From positions 37,269 to 101,268 of the IMG/VR virus record IMGVR_UViG_3300025646_000015: a DNA stretch of 64,000 nt; one strand, given 5' to 3'. The DNA is from a virus. Under the pieces are notes generated by a model that searched no databases, was not told the origin of the DNA, and saw only the letters and a list, made by a program, of their open reading frames with translations. Both the position numbers and the translations under genes were made by a program. How positions within the stretch are numbered: position 1 is the first letter of the stretch; every line of letters starts with the position of its first letter. Shown here one piece after another: positions 55,923-64,000 of this stretch.

Positions 55923-56882
55923 TTATTCTTTATTTTTTTTTAAGAAAGATTGATATGATTTCAGAAGGCCTTCTTCAATCGTAACTTGCGGAACGAAACC
56001 AAGTTTTGAAATTCTAGTATTGTCCATTTTTTTTCTCATTGTTCCATCTGGCATATTTTTATTAAAAATAATGTCTCCATTATATTTTATAATTTTTTTA
56101 ATTTTTAATAAAAGATTTAAAATTGATATTTCCTCATTTGAACCACAGTTAAGATGAGATATTTTTTGATTGTATATTTCTGAAGCTTCGATATTTTCCA
56201 GGCAATGAAATATTGCATTAGCCAGGTCATCTACATACAAAAATTCTCGAAGGGGAGAACCAGTTCCCCAGAGCTCGACAGCTTCACTATTTGAAGATTT
56301 AGCTTCATGAACTTTTCTTATAAGTGCAGGCAAAACATGAGAAGTCTCTAAGTCAAAATTATCATTTGGCCCATATAAGTTGCAAGGCATGATTGAATAA
56401 AAATTACATCCATATTGATGATAAAAACTTTCGCACATTTTTAATGCAGCAATTTTTGCAATTGCATAAGGTTCATTTGTGGGTTCCAAGGGTCCACTCA
56501 AAAGATCTTCTTCAACAATTGGTCGATCAAAATTTTTGGGGTAAATGCAAGAAGACCCCAAGTTTATAAGTTTTTTAACATTAAATTTATGAGAAAAGTT
56601 GATAATATTATAACCTATAGCGAGGTTTTCCGAGATAAAATCTGCTCTATAGTAATTATTTGCATATATGCCGCCAACCTTTGCGGCACATAGGATGACA
56701 TAATCAATAGAAATATTTTTAAAAAATAATTCTACTGAATTTGAGTTAGTTAAGTCTAATTCATCTCTTGATCTTGTAATGATATTATCATAGCCAGCAG
56801 CCTTAAGTTTCTTAAGCACAGAAGAGCCTACCATTCCGTTATGGCCAGCCACAAAAATGCAACTATTTTTATCAAGCTTCAA
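55923..56882 (-). CDS. fcl: GDP-L-fucose synthase
   Basis: AGHNGMVGS, AAKVGGI, LGSSCIYP, PTNEPYAIAK, NLYGPNDNF, SHVLPAL; probable TTG start 56882. Confidence 0.95.
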   Translation of the reverse strand: MKLDKNSCIFVAGHNGMVGSSVLKKLKAAGYDNIITRSRDELDLTNSNSVELFFKNISIDYVILCAAKVGGIYANNYYRADFISENLAIGYNIINFSHKFNVKKLINLGSSCIYPKNFDRPIVEEDLLSGPLEPTNEPYAIAKIAALKMCESFYHQYGCNFYSIMPCNLYGPNDNFDLETSHVLPALIRKVHEAKSSNSEAVELWGTGSPLREFLYVDDLANAIFHCLENIEASEIYNQKISHLNCGSNEEISILNLLLKIKKIIKYNGDIIFNKNMPDGTMRKKMDNTRISKLGFVPQVTIEEGLLKSYQSFLKKNKE

Positions 56883-57930
56883 GATAATCGTTCTGATACA
56901 TTTTTTTAACCAAGCTTTTGAAGTCAGTTTTTCTTTGCCAATGCATTTCTTTTTCTGCCAAAGATGGATTCCCGCATAACTCATGAACTTCCGCTGGCCT
57001 GTAAAACTTTTTGTCTATTTCAACAATAAGAAAATTACCTTCATGTGTATAATACTTTTCTTCATCCCCCTCCCCATTTTTATAAAAAAGAATATCAGCT
57101 TTTTTTAAGGTTTCTTCAAGAAATTCTCGAATTGTATGCATTTCTCCACTAGCTAAAATATAGTTTTTTGGAGCATTTTGGTTCAACATTAACCAAACCC
57201 CTTCCATAAAGTCTTCCGCATCACTCCAATCTCTCTTTGCATCCAAATTTCCTAACTTTAATATGGGAACATCGGTCGAAAAAATATCACGTTGTTCTAA
57301 AGCTTTTTTTAGTTTAGCAATATTATGAGATATTTTGCGAGTAACGAAATCAATGCCACGTCTAGTTCCTTCGTGGTTAAATAGCCAGCCCTGTACGGCA
57401 TAAAGACCGTAAGACTCTTTGTATACCCTAACTAAATGTCTTGCGGCACATTTAGCTGCACCATATGGAGACTGTGGATTCAGTGGGTGATTTTCATCCT
57501 GTGGCGAATATTCAACGTCGCCAAATTCTTCAGAAGACCCTGCATTGTAAAATCTACATTTAGGAGCAAATCTGCGTATGGCTTCTAGTATATGCAAAAC
57601 AGCATCTGCATCTGTTCCCCATGTTTGTATTGGATATTTCCAGCTTCCAGCAACAAAAGATTGTGCTGCAAAATTGATAAAATAATCAGGTTGTATATCA
57701 ATTACTACATCTCGAATGCTGTGTGGATCATTTAGATCCATATCAATAAGCTCAAAGTTTTCCACATTTTCTAAGTGTTGTATGTTTTTATGATTTAAAA
57801 CACTTAGCCTACGAATTGATCCATAGATTTTGAATTTTTCTTTTTTGTTGAGTAAGTAGTCACACATGTGACTGCCATCTTGTCCCGTCACCCCAGTAAT
57901 AATTACTTTTTTAATATCTGTACTTTCCAT
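56872..57930 (-). CDS. gmd: GDP-mannose 4,6-dehydratase
   Basis: ITGVTGQDGS, AAQSFV, SSEEFG, SPYGAAK, LFNHE, FVTRKI, LGNLDAKRDW, RPAEV; start ATG 57930. Confidence 0.95.
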   Translation of the reverse strand: MESTDIKKVIITGVTGQDGSHMCDYLLNKKEKFKIYGSIRRLSVLNHKNIQHLENVENFELIDMDLNDPHSIRDVVIDIQPDYFINFAAQSFVAGSWKYPIQTWGTDADAVLHILEAIRRFAPKCRFYNAGSSEEFGDVEYSPQDENHPLNPQSPYGAAKCAARHLVRVYKESYGLYAVQGWLFNHEGTRRGIDFVTRKISHNIAKLKKALEQRDIFSTDVPILKLGNLDAKRDWSDAEDFMEGVWLMLNQNAPKNYILASGEMHTIREFLEETLKKADILFYKNGEGDEEKYYTHEGNFLIVEIDKKFYRPAEVHELCGNPSLAEKEMHWQRKTDFKSLVKKMYQNDYLEA

Positions 57931-57936
57931 ACAGAT

Positions 57937-57964
57937 ATTATAAACTAACAAATCAAGAAATCAA
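57937..57964 (-). promoter_or_regulatory. sigma70-type promoter of gmd-fcl
   Basis: TTGATT-16 nt-TATAAT, 6 nt from the ATG. Confidence 0.55.
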
Positions 57965-58018
57965 AAAAAAAGAACCTCAAACTGATTTTATTGCCAGATC
58001 TATTAATCGTCGCAACTA

Positions 58019-59647
58019 TTAATAGGATTCGCGGCAAGTAACATCTTCCCACCCATGTGGGCTTACACCGCCCTGTTGATGATTAGCGATACAACAAGCC
58101 TCCCAACTATCGTAGCATTCAGTTCCTCCACCCAATAGCCTTCCATAATTATCATAAAGTGGTTGGCCGCAATATGAGTACCAAAGAGACTGATCAAGCA
58201 CTAGGCAATTAAGTCTAAGATTGGCATCATTGGTAAGATTGTCGTTCCATGGGTTTAGTTCATATTTCTGGCCCACTGGCTCTGGACCAGAGAAAAGGTT
58301 TTCCCAGCTATATTCGCCAGCTGCTCTTTCGTTTCCTGTCTCGCTGACATAACCACCTCCAGTGTCCGAGCAAGCGTCAGTGGTAATATCGCAGGTATTG
58401 TCGCACTCTGCCCATATTTCAAAACACATTTCGCTACTGCAAGTGCAGCTATGGCCATCATAAATACTAGTCGATGCGGTGCCCCCCGCTTCAAAAGTTG
58501 CTGTCCCACATACTTTTTCTGAAGCAGGTTTCTCCCAACTAACCCCATGCGAACTTCTACCTGGAATATAAAATTTTGTATTAGCACTGGAAGTATTGCC
58601 ACTTGAGGGGCTAGAAGAGAATGATAAATTAGGGTTAATTAATGGAGCATCAATAGCATTAAATCCTGGTAATTGATTTAATCTATTTTCTCGAGCTTCC
58701 TCCAGGAGTCTCGTACTGGGAGGAACTTTCTTGTCAACTCTAAAATTAGCAGGGTTTTGTTTATTTAATGTAGCTATAGAATCTAAATCAAGCCCTCTTC
58801 CGTGACTATACATGCCAAGCTCATCATCTATTAATGTAATTTTAGTTTTTCTAAATGTTTGCAGTTGTTGAGTTTTTCCAGTGTTAGGACTTCGAGATTT
58901 TAAAGTTGCTACACCATTTTCGTCTAGTTCCCAGAAATTATCTTTACCTTCGCCGACATTTGGGTTAAGAGATTCAACGAACTTAGATAAGGATATATTG
59001 CTAGCATGATTTGGAGTTCTATTGTCATGAACAAAATAAGGGTCGCCGCTATTAGCTTTTAATATTTCATCCTCTATAGGGCTAGTATAAAACACCTGTC
59101 TATTTAAAACCCCGTTTTTATTTATATAAATAGCACTTTTTGTGTTAATTGGATAACCTCTAAGAATTGTATAATTGCTTTCTAAATGTAGAATTTTTCT
59201 ATCTTCTTCTGGGGTTCCATCTAATGCAATAAATTCATTGTTTGAATTTACTTCGTAACCCTGAAGGAGGTAACAAAGCAATTTAACGAAAAATACTTCA
59301 CCCTCTTGGATATAGGAAACTTTAAAATTAGAGTTTTGTAAATTATAACCAGGCAACAATTCTATTTCGGCAAAGGTTTGGTGATCTACAGTGCCTTTGA
59401 AATTACTATCTGTTCCCAGAATTGCCCAGTGAATATTGTCTGGAGAGATATTATGATATTGAACATTTGGAGAAAAAACCAAGTCATGTTCTGAATCTCC
59501 AGTTTGTTCATTAAAATAAGTTTTGTAAATAGAATCGTCCATGAACCCATAAGGATCTTGACTGGTGTCAAATGATGGAGACAGTCTCCTTAGAACTGCA
59601 AGATCTAATGGACTAGGCCTGTTTACAAATTTTTTAATAGGTATCAT
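58019..59647 (-). CDS. hypothetical virion-type protein with Cys-rich C-terminal domain
   Basis: 542 aa; Ser-rich linker then 13 Cys in the last ~165 aa. Confidence 0.65.
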   Translation of the reverse strand: MIPIKKFVNRPSPLDLAVLRRLSPSFDTSQDPYGFMDDSIYKTYFNEQTGDSEHDLVFSPNVQYHNISPDNIHWAILGTDSNFKGTVDHQTFAEIELLPGYNLQNSNFKVSYIQEGEVFFVKLLCYLLQGYEVNSNNEFIALDGTPEEDRKILHLESNYTILRGYPINTKSAIYINKNGVLNRQVFYTSPIEDEILKANSGDPYFVHDNRTPNHASNISLSKFVESLNPNVGEGKDNFWELDENGVATLKSRSPNTGKTQQLQTFRKTKITLIDDELGMYSHGRGLDLDSIATLNKQNPANFRVDKKVPPSTRLLEEARENRLNQLPGFNAIDAPLINPNLSFSSSPSSGNTSSANTKFYIPGRSSHGVSWEKPASEKVCGTATFEAGGTASTSIYDGHSCTCSSEMCFEIWAECDNTCDITTDACSDTGGGYVSETGNERAAGEYSWENLFSGPEPVGQKYELNPWNDNLTNDANLRLNCLVLDQSLWYSYCGQPLYDNYGRLLGGGTECYDSWEACCIANHQQGGVSPHGWEDVTCRESY

Positions 59648-61715
59648 AAATAACCTCCCATCCTTTATCGTTAATTAATCTGTTGATCGCAAAAAGTGTT
59701 TCATCATGAATATCATAAAGTTCTCCAGTAAACTCATCTCTATTAAGAAGATGTGTGGATAAGATGACTGGTTCCCCGTTATTTTGCGAAGTGTACATAT
59801 TCCCCCTGTTACCATTGCTGGAAAAAACTGGAGCTTCAGGTCCAGAACCTTGCCAGTTTTGATTACTAATATTTAAATAGCCATTTTTAGAAGAAACGGC
59901 TAATGCCGATTCTACCACTAAACTAATTCCTGTCATATTTAATTTGTTTCCAGCAACATTAATATATCTTAAACCTTTAATTGGAAAAATATTAGTCAAA
60001 GAAAGGTTTTTCGATTTTGTTTCTTTGTCTAAATGGCTAAATGCATCATCCCTTCCAACCAAGGTGTCAAATCCATCAAAATTTTCAAGTAAGTCTGCGT
60101 CATACATAGAAGTTAATGCTTCATTTGGCCTTTCTACCGTTATGTAACGAGACATGTTGAATTTTCCAGGTTCTGCTGTTTGTGTAAAAGCATAATTTCC
60201 ATATTCGTTTTTAACAGTAAATGGATGATGATTGTTCCATATATCTATTGAGCAATTAGAAATATCAAATTTTTCAAGATGAGGAAAATGAGAACGTCTA
60301 AAAATAAAATATTCTAAATTCGAATTGTTACTTAAATCTAGTTCGGTTACATTATGACATGAACCCTTAAAGGATTCGGGTATTCTGAAATATTTTAAAT
60401 CAGAATTGGTTATCTTAATTCCAGTCAAATTTCCATACTTGGTTCCGTGAAACAAATGTGGAGCACCGTATTCCCAGTATTCGTCTTGAGTATACCCTAA
60501 TGAATCAGAATTAATTGAGTAATAAAAACTATCGGGAGAAGGCATAAATAAATCTATATTTCTCTGGTTCGCTTCTGTTATTTTTGCGATTCCTGTTAAT
60601 GTAACTTCTGAATCCATGTGATCAAAATCTACAGCCCCAGAAAAAAGAAATTTTAAATTTTTATGATAGTCTATCAAGGTAGTACTTTTAACAAAAGAAA
60701 TTGTATTAGGCCCTGCAGTAAAACCAATTCCTGTTAAAAATTTAGAGCCAAGGTCATGATTCAAAAGTCCTGCTTTGGGGTCAAGTTCTGCATCTCTCAT
60801 AAAACCAGAACGAAAATCTAAATTTTTTACTAAACTTAAACTTTTCGAATGAAGATTGGTGTAGGAACCTGCTGTGATATTTTCATCATACAAATTAAAA
60901 GAGATGTCATAAGTGTGTAAAGGATCGCCGTAAGAATCGACTTTCCTATCCATATTTATTAATAAAAATTTCCCACTAAAAGAATAAGGTTGTGGCAAAT
61001 GATGTCTAATTGTATACATGGCTCGGTCACTTTCTGAACCATCATAACCAATTATCTCGCCACTGACCAAACTGGGATTGGATTGATCTGTAATATAAAA
61101 TTTTTCTGAAGATTTGTTTCCGAAAGAATTGGATTGAAGTATGTATGGCCCGAAATCAGGCCTTGCGATCATACCTCCTGTTGATACCCTGTAACCATTA
61201 TCACCAGAAATCAAATCTTCATCGATTGCAATTTGAACTTCCTCACATGTATGAAAGTATCTCAATTTCCTGGTTGTTTTTGTGCCTTCTACTGGATGAT
61301 CATATCCTATTCTATAATAACTATTAGATATATCTTCAAAGTGTTCTGTATCCAAATTTGTAGTAAAACTTATTGTGGCTGGAGGTTGAAGACCGAATAC
61401 TTGGTTTCCATTTTTATCTTTTTTTACCCTGTCTCTGGCAATTTTTAATGCATCGGGAGTTGGTTGAAATTTGTGAGGGTCTTTATGCTGAGTAGGGCTT
61501 TCAATATTAAATATATTTGTTTGTGTAAAATCTACATCATCGATCTCTAAACCCTGAGCCTTACTAAGTTTGTTAACATAATAAAGGGGGCGAGACTCTA
61601 TATCTCTTAACGTTGTAGGAATTCCAGTTTGGAAAGTAGGCATTGAATTATTTATGATACTTCTGCCTAATTTAAGCGCCCCTCCTCCTAGTTTGATATT
61701 TCTAGCATTTCCCAT
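59634..61715 (-). CDS. large hypothetical protein with leucine-rich-repeat-like C-half
   Basis: NVTELDLSNN, HLEKFDISNC, GLRYINVAGNKL; start moved to ATG 61715 (GTGTAT 10 nt upstream). Confidence 0.65.
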   Translation of the reverse strand: MGNARNIKLGGGALKLGRSIINNSMPTFQTGIPTTLRDIESRPLYYVNKLSKAQGLEIDDVDFTQTNIFNIESPTQHKDPHKFQPTPDALKIARDRVKKDKNGNQVFGLQPPATISFTTNLDTEHFEDISNSYYRIGYDHPVEGTKTTRKLRYFHTCEEVQIAIDEDLISGDNGYRVSTGGMIARPDFGPYILQSNSFGNKSSEKFYITDQSNPSLVSGEIIGYDGSESDRAMYTIRHHLPQPYSFSGKFLLINMDRKVDSYGDPLHTYDISFNLYDENITAGSYTNLHSKSLSLVKNLDFRSGFMRDAELDPKAGLLNHDLGSKFLTGIGFTAGPNTISFVKSTTLIDYHKNLKFLFSGAVDFDHMDSEVTLTGIAKITEANQRNIDLFMPSPDSFYYSINSDSLGYTQDEYWEYGAPHLFHGTKYGNLTGIKITNSDLKYFRIPESFKGSCHNVTELDLSNNSNLEYFIFRRSHFPHLEKFDISNCSIDIWNNHHPFTVKNEYGNYAFTQTAEPGKFNMSRYITVERPNEALTSMYDADLLENFDGFDTLVGRDDAFSHLDKETKSKNLSLTNIFPIKGLRYINVAGNKLNMTGISLVVESALAVSSKNGYLNISNQNWQGSGPEAPVFSSNGNRGNMYTSQNNGEPVILSTHLLNRDEFTGELYDIHDETLFAINRLINDKGWEVIYDTY

Positions 61716-61725
61716 ATCACTATAT

Positions 61726-61764
61726 ATACACATAACATGTATTCTTTTCATTTTTAATGTGTAA
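61726..61764. promoter_or_regulatory. back-to-back pair of phage GTGTA(A/T) promoter motifs
   Basis: GTGTAT on - (61731-61726) and GTGTAA on + (61759-61764), each 8-10 nt from a divergent start codon. Confidence 0.65.
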
Positions 61765-61772
61765 TATATTTT

Positions 61773-62945
61773 GTGGAAAGTTTGATTAAATATAACGCAG
61801 CTCAACTTTTTGTAAAGTCAGAAAGCGATCAAGAAATAAAACCAGTTTCTTTAGTTACAGATTTTAATTTTTCTTTTCAGATTCAAAGAGAATATATTGG
61901 ATCAGTAGGTTTTGAAGAAAAAATGCTGCCTGTGGTAAAAACGCCCGTTCCAACTTTCTCCTTCAGCTATTTTATATCTGATTTTGATAACGAAAAGTTG
62001 TTTGGGTTTATTACAAGAAATGAAGATTCGGTGCAAGAGAAAAAAGCCTTGTTTTCTAACTTTAGAAATTTAGACATATTCTTTTTATCTGAAGAAAATG
62101 GAATTTCTGACATGAATAAAATAAATAAGGATGATCTGACCGCTTGTTTTTTTACGGATGCATCTCTTGTTTCTTATAATTTAGAGGTTTTAAAAGCTGG
62201 AATAAAGGCAAATGTAGCCTTTGTTGCACAAAATATATCATTCCAAAAATTTAAGTCTTTAACAGATGGGTTAAATATTTCATTAGATGAAGAATCTAAG
62301 ATAACTACAATTAATAATGTAATCATTAATCCAAATCAAGGGCCAAACGATTCTCAAATAAACAAATTTATTGGAGGTTTTGAGTTAGATTTTTTTCAAG
62401 AAGCTCAAGTTTCATTAAATCTTCCGTACAAACAATTATTTGATTTTGGACAAATCTATCATAAAAGAGTATTGAGATATCCGATTGAAGGGCAAATTAA
62501 TATATCAGCAATAATAAATAAAAAAATTTATGGTGATATTTTAGATATATTTAAAAATGATAAAAAAAATAGTATTGTAATATATAATGGAAGAAAAGGA
62601 TGTCTTGATGACAATCAATTGATAGAGAATGAAGGAAGAGGGGGGATTTTAATAAAAGGAGCCCTTCTAAGCAAGCAGGACGCAACTTTATCAAATCAAA
62701 ATAGGGGATTCTTGAAAGCTAATATATCGTTAGATTTTGAAATTTATGAAGACTACGGAATGTGGATGTCAAAACATGTTCCAATAGGCGCAACATTTAT
62801 AACCGAAGATGTTTTAGAGTTTGATTTTATATTAGAAGGATCGGGGGAAGTTCAAGTTTTATCTGAGTCTGCATTAATAATCTTTAATACTATGAAACAA
62901 TTAGATGCAAACATATCGGATTTTAAAACAAATTTAAATTATTGA
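61773..62945 (+). CDS. putative tail tube-like structural protein
   Basis: FNFSF.I.RE.I...G, FSFSYF, SYNLE, R.L.YPI...I.ISA beta-strand pattern. Confidence 0.45.
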   Translation: MESLIKYNAAQLFVKSESDQEIKPVSLVTDFNFSFQIQREYIGSVGFEEKMLPVVKTPVPTFSFSYFISDFDNEKLFGFITRNEDSVQEKKALFSNFRNLDIFFLSEENGISDMNKINKDDLTACFFTDASLVSYNLEVLKAGIKANVAFVAQNISFQKFKSLTDGLNISLDEESKITTINNVIINPNQGPNDSQINKFIGGFELDFFQEAQVSLNLPYKQLFDFGQIYHKRVLRYPIEGQINISAIINKKIYGDILDIFKNDKKNSIVIYNGRKGCLDDNQLIENEGRGGILIKGALLSKQDATLSNQNRGFLKANISLDFEIYEDYGMWMSKHVPIGATFITEDVLEFDFILEGSGEVQVLSESALIIFNTMKQLDANISDFKTNLNY

Positions 62946-62985
62946 TATTTAAATAATTTTAAAAACAAAATGTGTAATTAAATTT

Positions 62986-64000
62986 ATGGCCGAAAATAAA
63001 CAAAAAATTTCAGATTTACAAAGTATACAATTGCCTCCGCAAGATGATGATTTTTTGGTTTTGGCTAGATCTGAAATTGCTAATTACAAAATTAGGTATG
63101 AAGACTTCTCTAGAATGTATTCTGGTTTATTCTTGGGGGTAAAACCTGGGATTAATAATTTAATCAACGACAATTCTCAAGTAAATTATATTATAGAGAA
63201 AGGTGTAAAATTTGAACAAAAAACAGAGTTTGATTTGCCAATAAGTGGAAATCTATCAGGGACAGCTAGGTATACTCAAGATGCCGTTTATATAACTGGA
63301 GATCAACAAATCGATGGAGTCAAAACATTTAAAAATTATTTGGTCGGAAATTTATCTGGAGAAGCAACTTCTGTAAGAAGTGGCGTTTATGTAAGTGGAG
63401 ATCAAACAATTAGTGGGATAATAAATTTTGCAGATGGAATTACTATTAACGGAGAACCTTTTGATGCAGATATAGATCCAGATGAGGTTTTAACAATAAC
63501 TGGATTAGAGCAAGTCGTAACTGGATCGAAAATATTTTATAATTTCTTAATACCATCTGGAGGAATAACAACTACTGGGGACAGCGACTCACTGGTAATA
63601 CACAGCAAGAATTCAAGTTATGATATAATACCCACAGGCTCTTTGGTTTTAGATTTTGAAAGTGGAGTATATATAACTGGTTCAAATTTGGAAATAGAGA
63701 AAGATTTAAATGTAAACGGAGATTTAAATGCAAAAAGAGCTGGTATAAATACAACTACAGGTGTGGGAGCAATTTTGTCTAAATCTGGAGGGATGATTCT
63801 TACAGACGGTAGAGATCCTGCAGGATTTTCAGTGCCAGACGAATCCCTTACTTTCGCTTTTCAAAGCGGAGTATACATTACTGGAAGCGACCTAAATATA
63901 GAAAACGATCTGTATGTAGGAGGAACTTTGCGTGCAGATAACTTTGAAGCTGTCGACACTTTAGTCGGTGAATCTGGAGGAATGATTCTTACAGATGGTA
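62986..64000 (+). CDS. tail-fibre-like protein, 5' part (runs off the right edge; absent from the ORF track)
   Basis: open frame from ATG 62986: MAENKQKISDL..., repeats VYITGDQ/GNLSG/ESGVYITG shared with 47192..50344; GTGTAA 8 nt upstream. Confidence 0.8.
   Translation, partial: MAENKQKISDLQSIQLPPQDDDFLVLARSEIANYKIRYEDFSRMYSGLFLGVKPGINNLINDNSQVNYIIEKGVKFEQKTEFDLPISGNLSGTARYTQDAVYITGDQQIDGVKTFKNYLVGNLSGEATSVRSGVYVSGDQTISGIINFADGITINGEPFDADIDPDEVLTITGLEQVVTGSKIFYNFLIPSGGITTTGDSDSLVIHSKNSSYDIIPTGSLVLDFESGVYITGSNLEIEKDLNVNGDLNAKRAGINTTTGVGAILSKSGGMILTDGRDPAGFSVPDESLTFAFQSGVYITGSDLNIENDLYVGGTLRADNFEAVDTLVGESGGMILTDG

Noticed and set aside
627-63754. Numerous short antisense or out-of-frame ORFs in the track (e.g. 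627..965, 10354..10680, 32531..32887, 42576..42974, 58255..58602, 63572..63754)
   Set aside because: They are nested within longer, motif-supported genes and show no independent coding evidence.
1-64000. Alternative genetic code (stop-codon reassignment)
   Set aside because: Core genes (dnaE, nrdA, clpC, recA, dnaB) are intact in code 11 and TAA, TAG and TGA all terminate tightly packed genes.
1-64000. Cellular (bacterial chromosome) or NCLDV origin
   Set aside because: Tail-fibre and tube-like genes, divergent DnaE/DnaB/RecA, absence of ribosomal or housekeeping operons, and bacterial promoters and tmRNA point to a large bacteriophage.

Overview
AT-rich (roughly 30% GC by eye), gene-dense segment of a large tailed dsDNA (jumbo-type) bacteriophage genome in genetic code 11, with most genes on the minus strand. 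Several markers point to a PVC-superphylum host (Verrucomicrobiota/Lentisphaerae/Chlamydiae-like): an ECF sigma of the Rhodopirellula/Verrucomicrobium type, a Chlamydia-like class Ic RNR and a Chlamydia-style tmRNA. This host call is an inference. Layout: (1) 0.5-19 kb, an accessory island of glycosyl-, methyl- and sulfotransferases. It also holds an HNH nuclease, a two-sigma-factor cassette, a C5 DNA methyltransferase, a sigma54-type-promoter Hsp20, a full tmRNA with an unusually long 34-aa tag, and an ATE/Bpt-like aminoacyl-tRNA-protein transferase. (2) 21-45 kb, the replication core: ClpC-type ATPase, DnaE split without an intein into PHP and polymerase genes with guaC and a DEDDh exonuclease between them, DnaG, DnaB, RecA, nucleases and an SSB-like protein. 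(3) 45-58 kb, nrdB and nrdA separated by a cluster of LamG-like 'YLAHKWGL' adhesin/tail-fibre genes, followed by fcl and gmd. (4) 58-64 kb, virion-type genes. Two promoter classes are visible: host sigma70 promoters and a phage-specific GTGTA(A/T) motif 8-11 nt upstream of start codons. The best candidate for an undescribed system is a phage-encoded protein tagging and degradation toolkit (extended-tag tmRNA, Bpt/ATE, ClpC, Hsp20). All family assignments come from motif recognition by eye, not from database searches.
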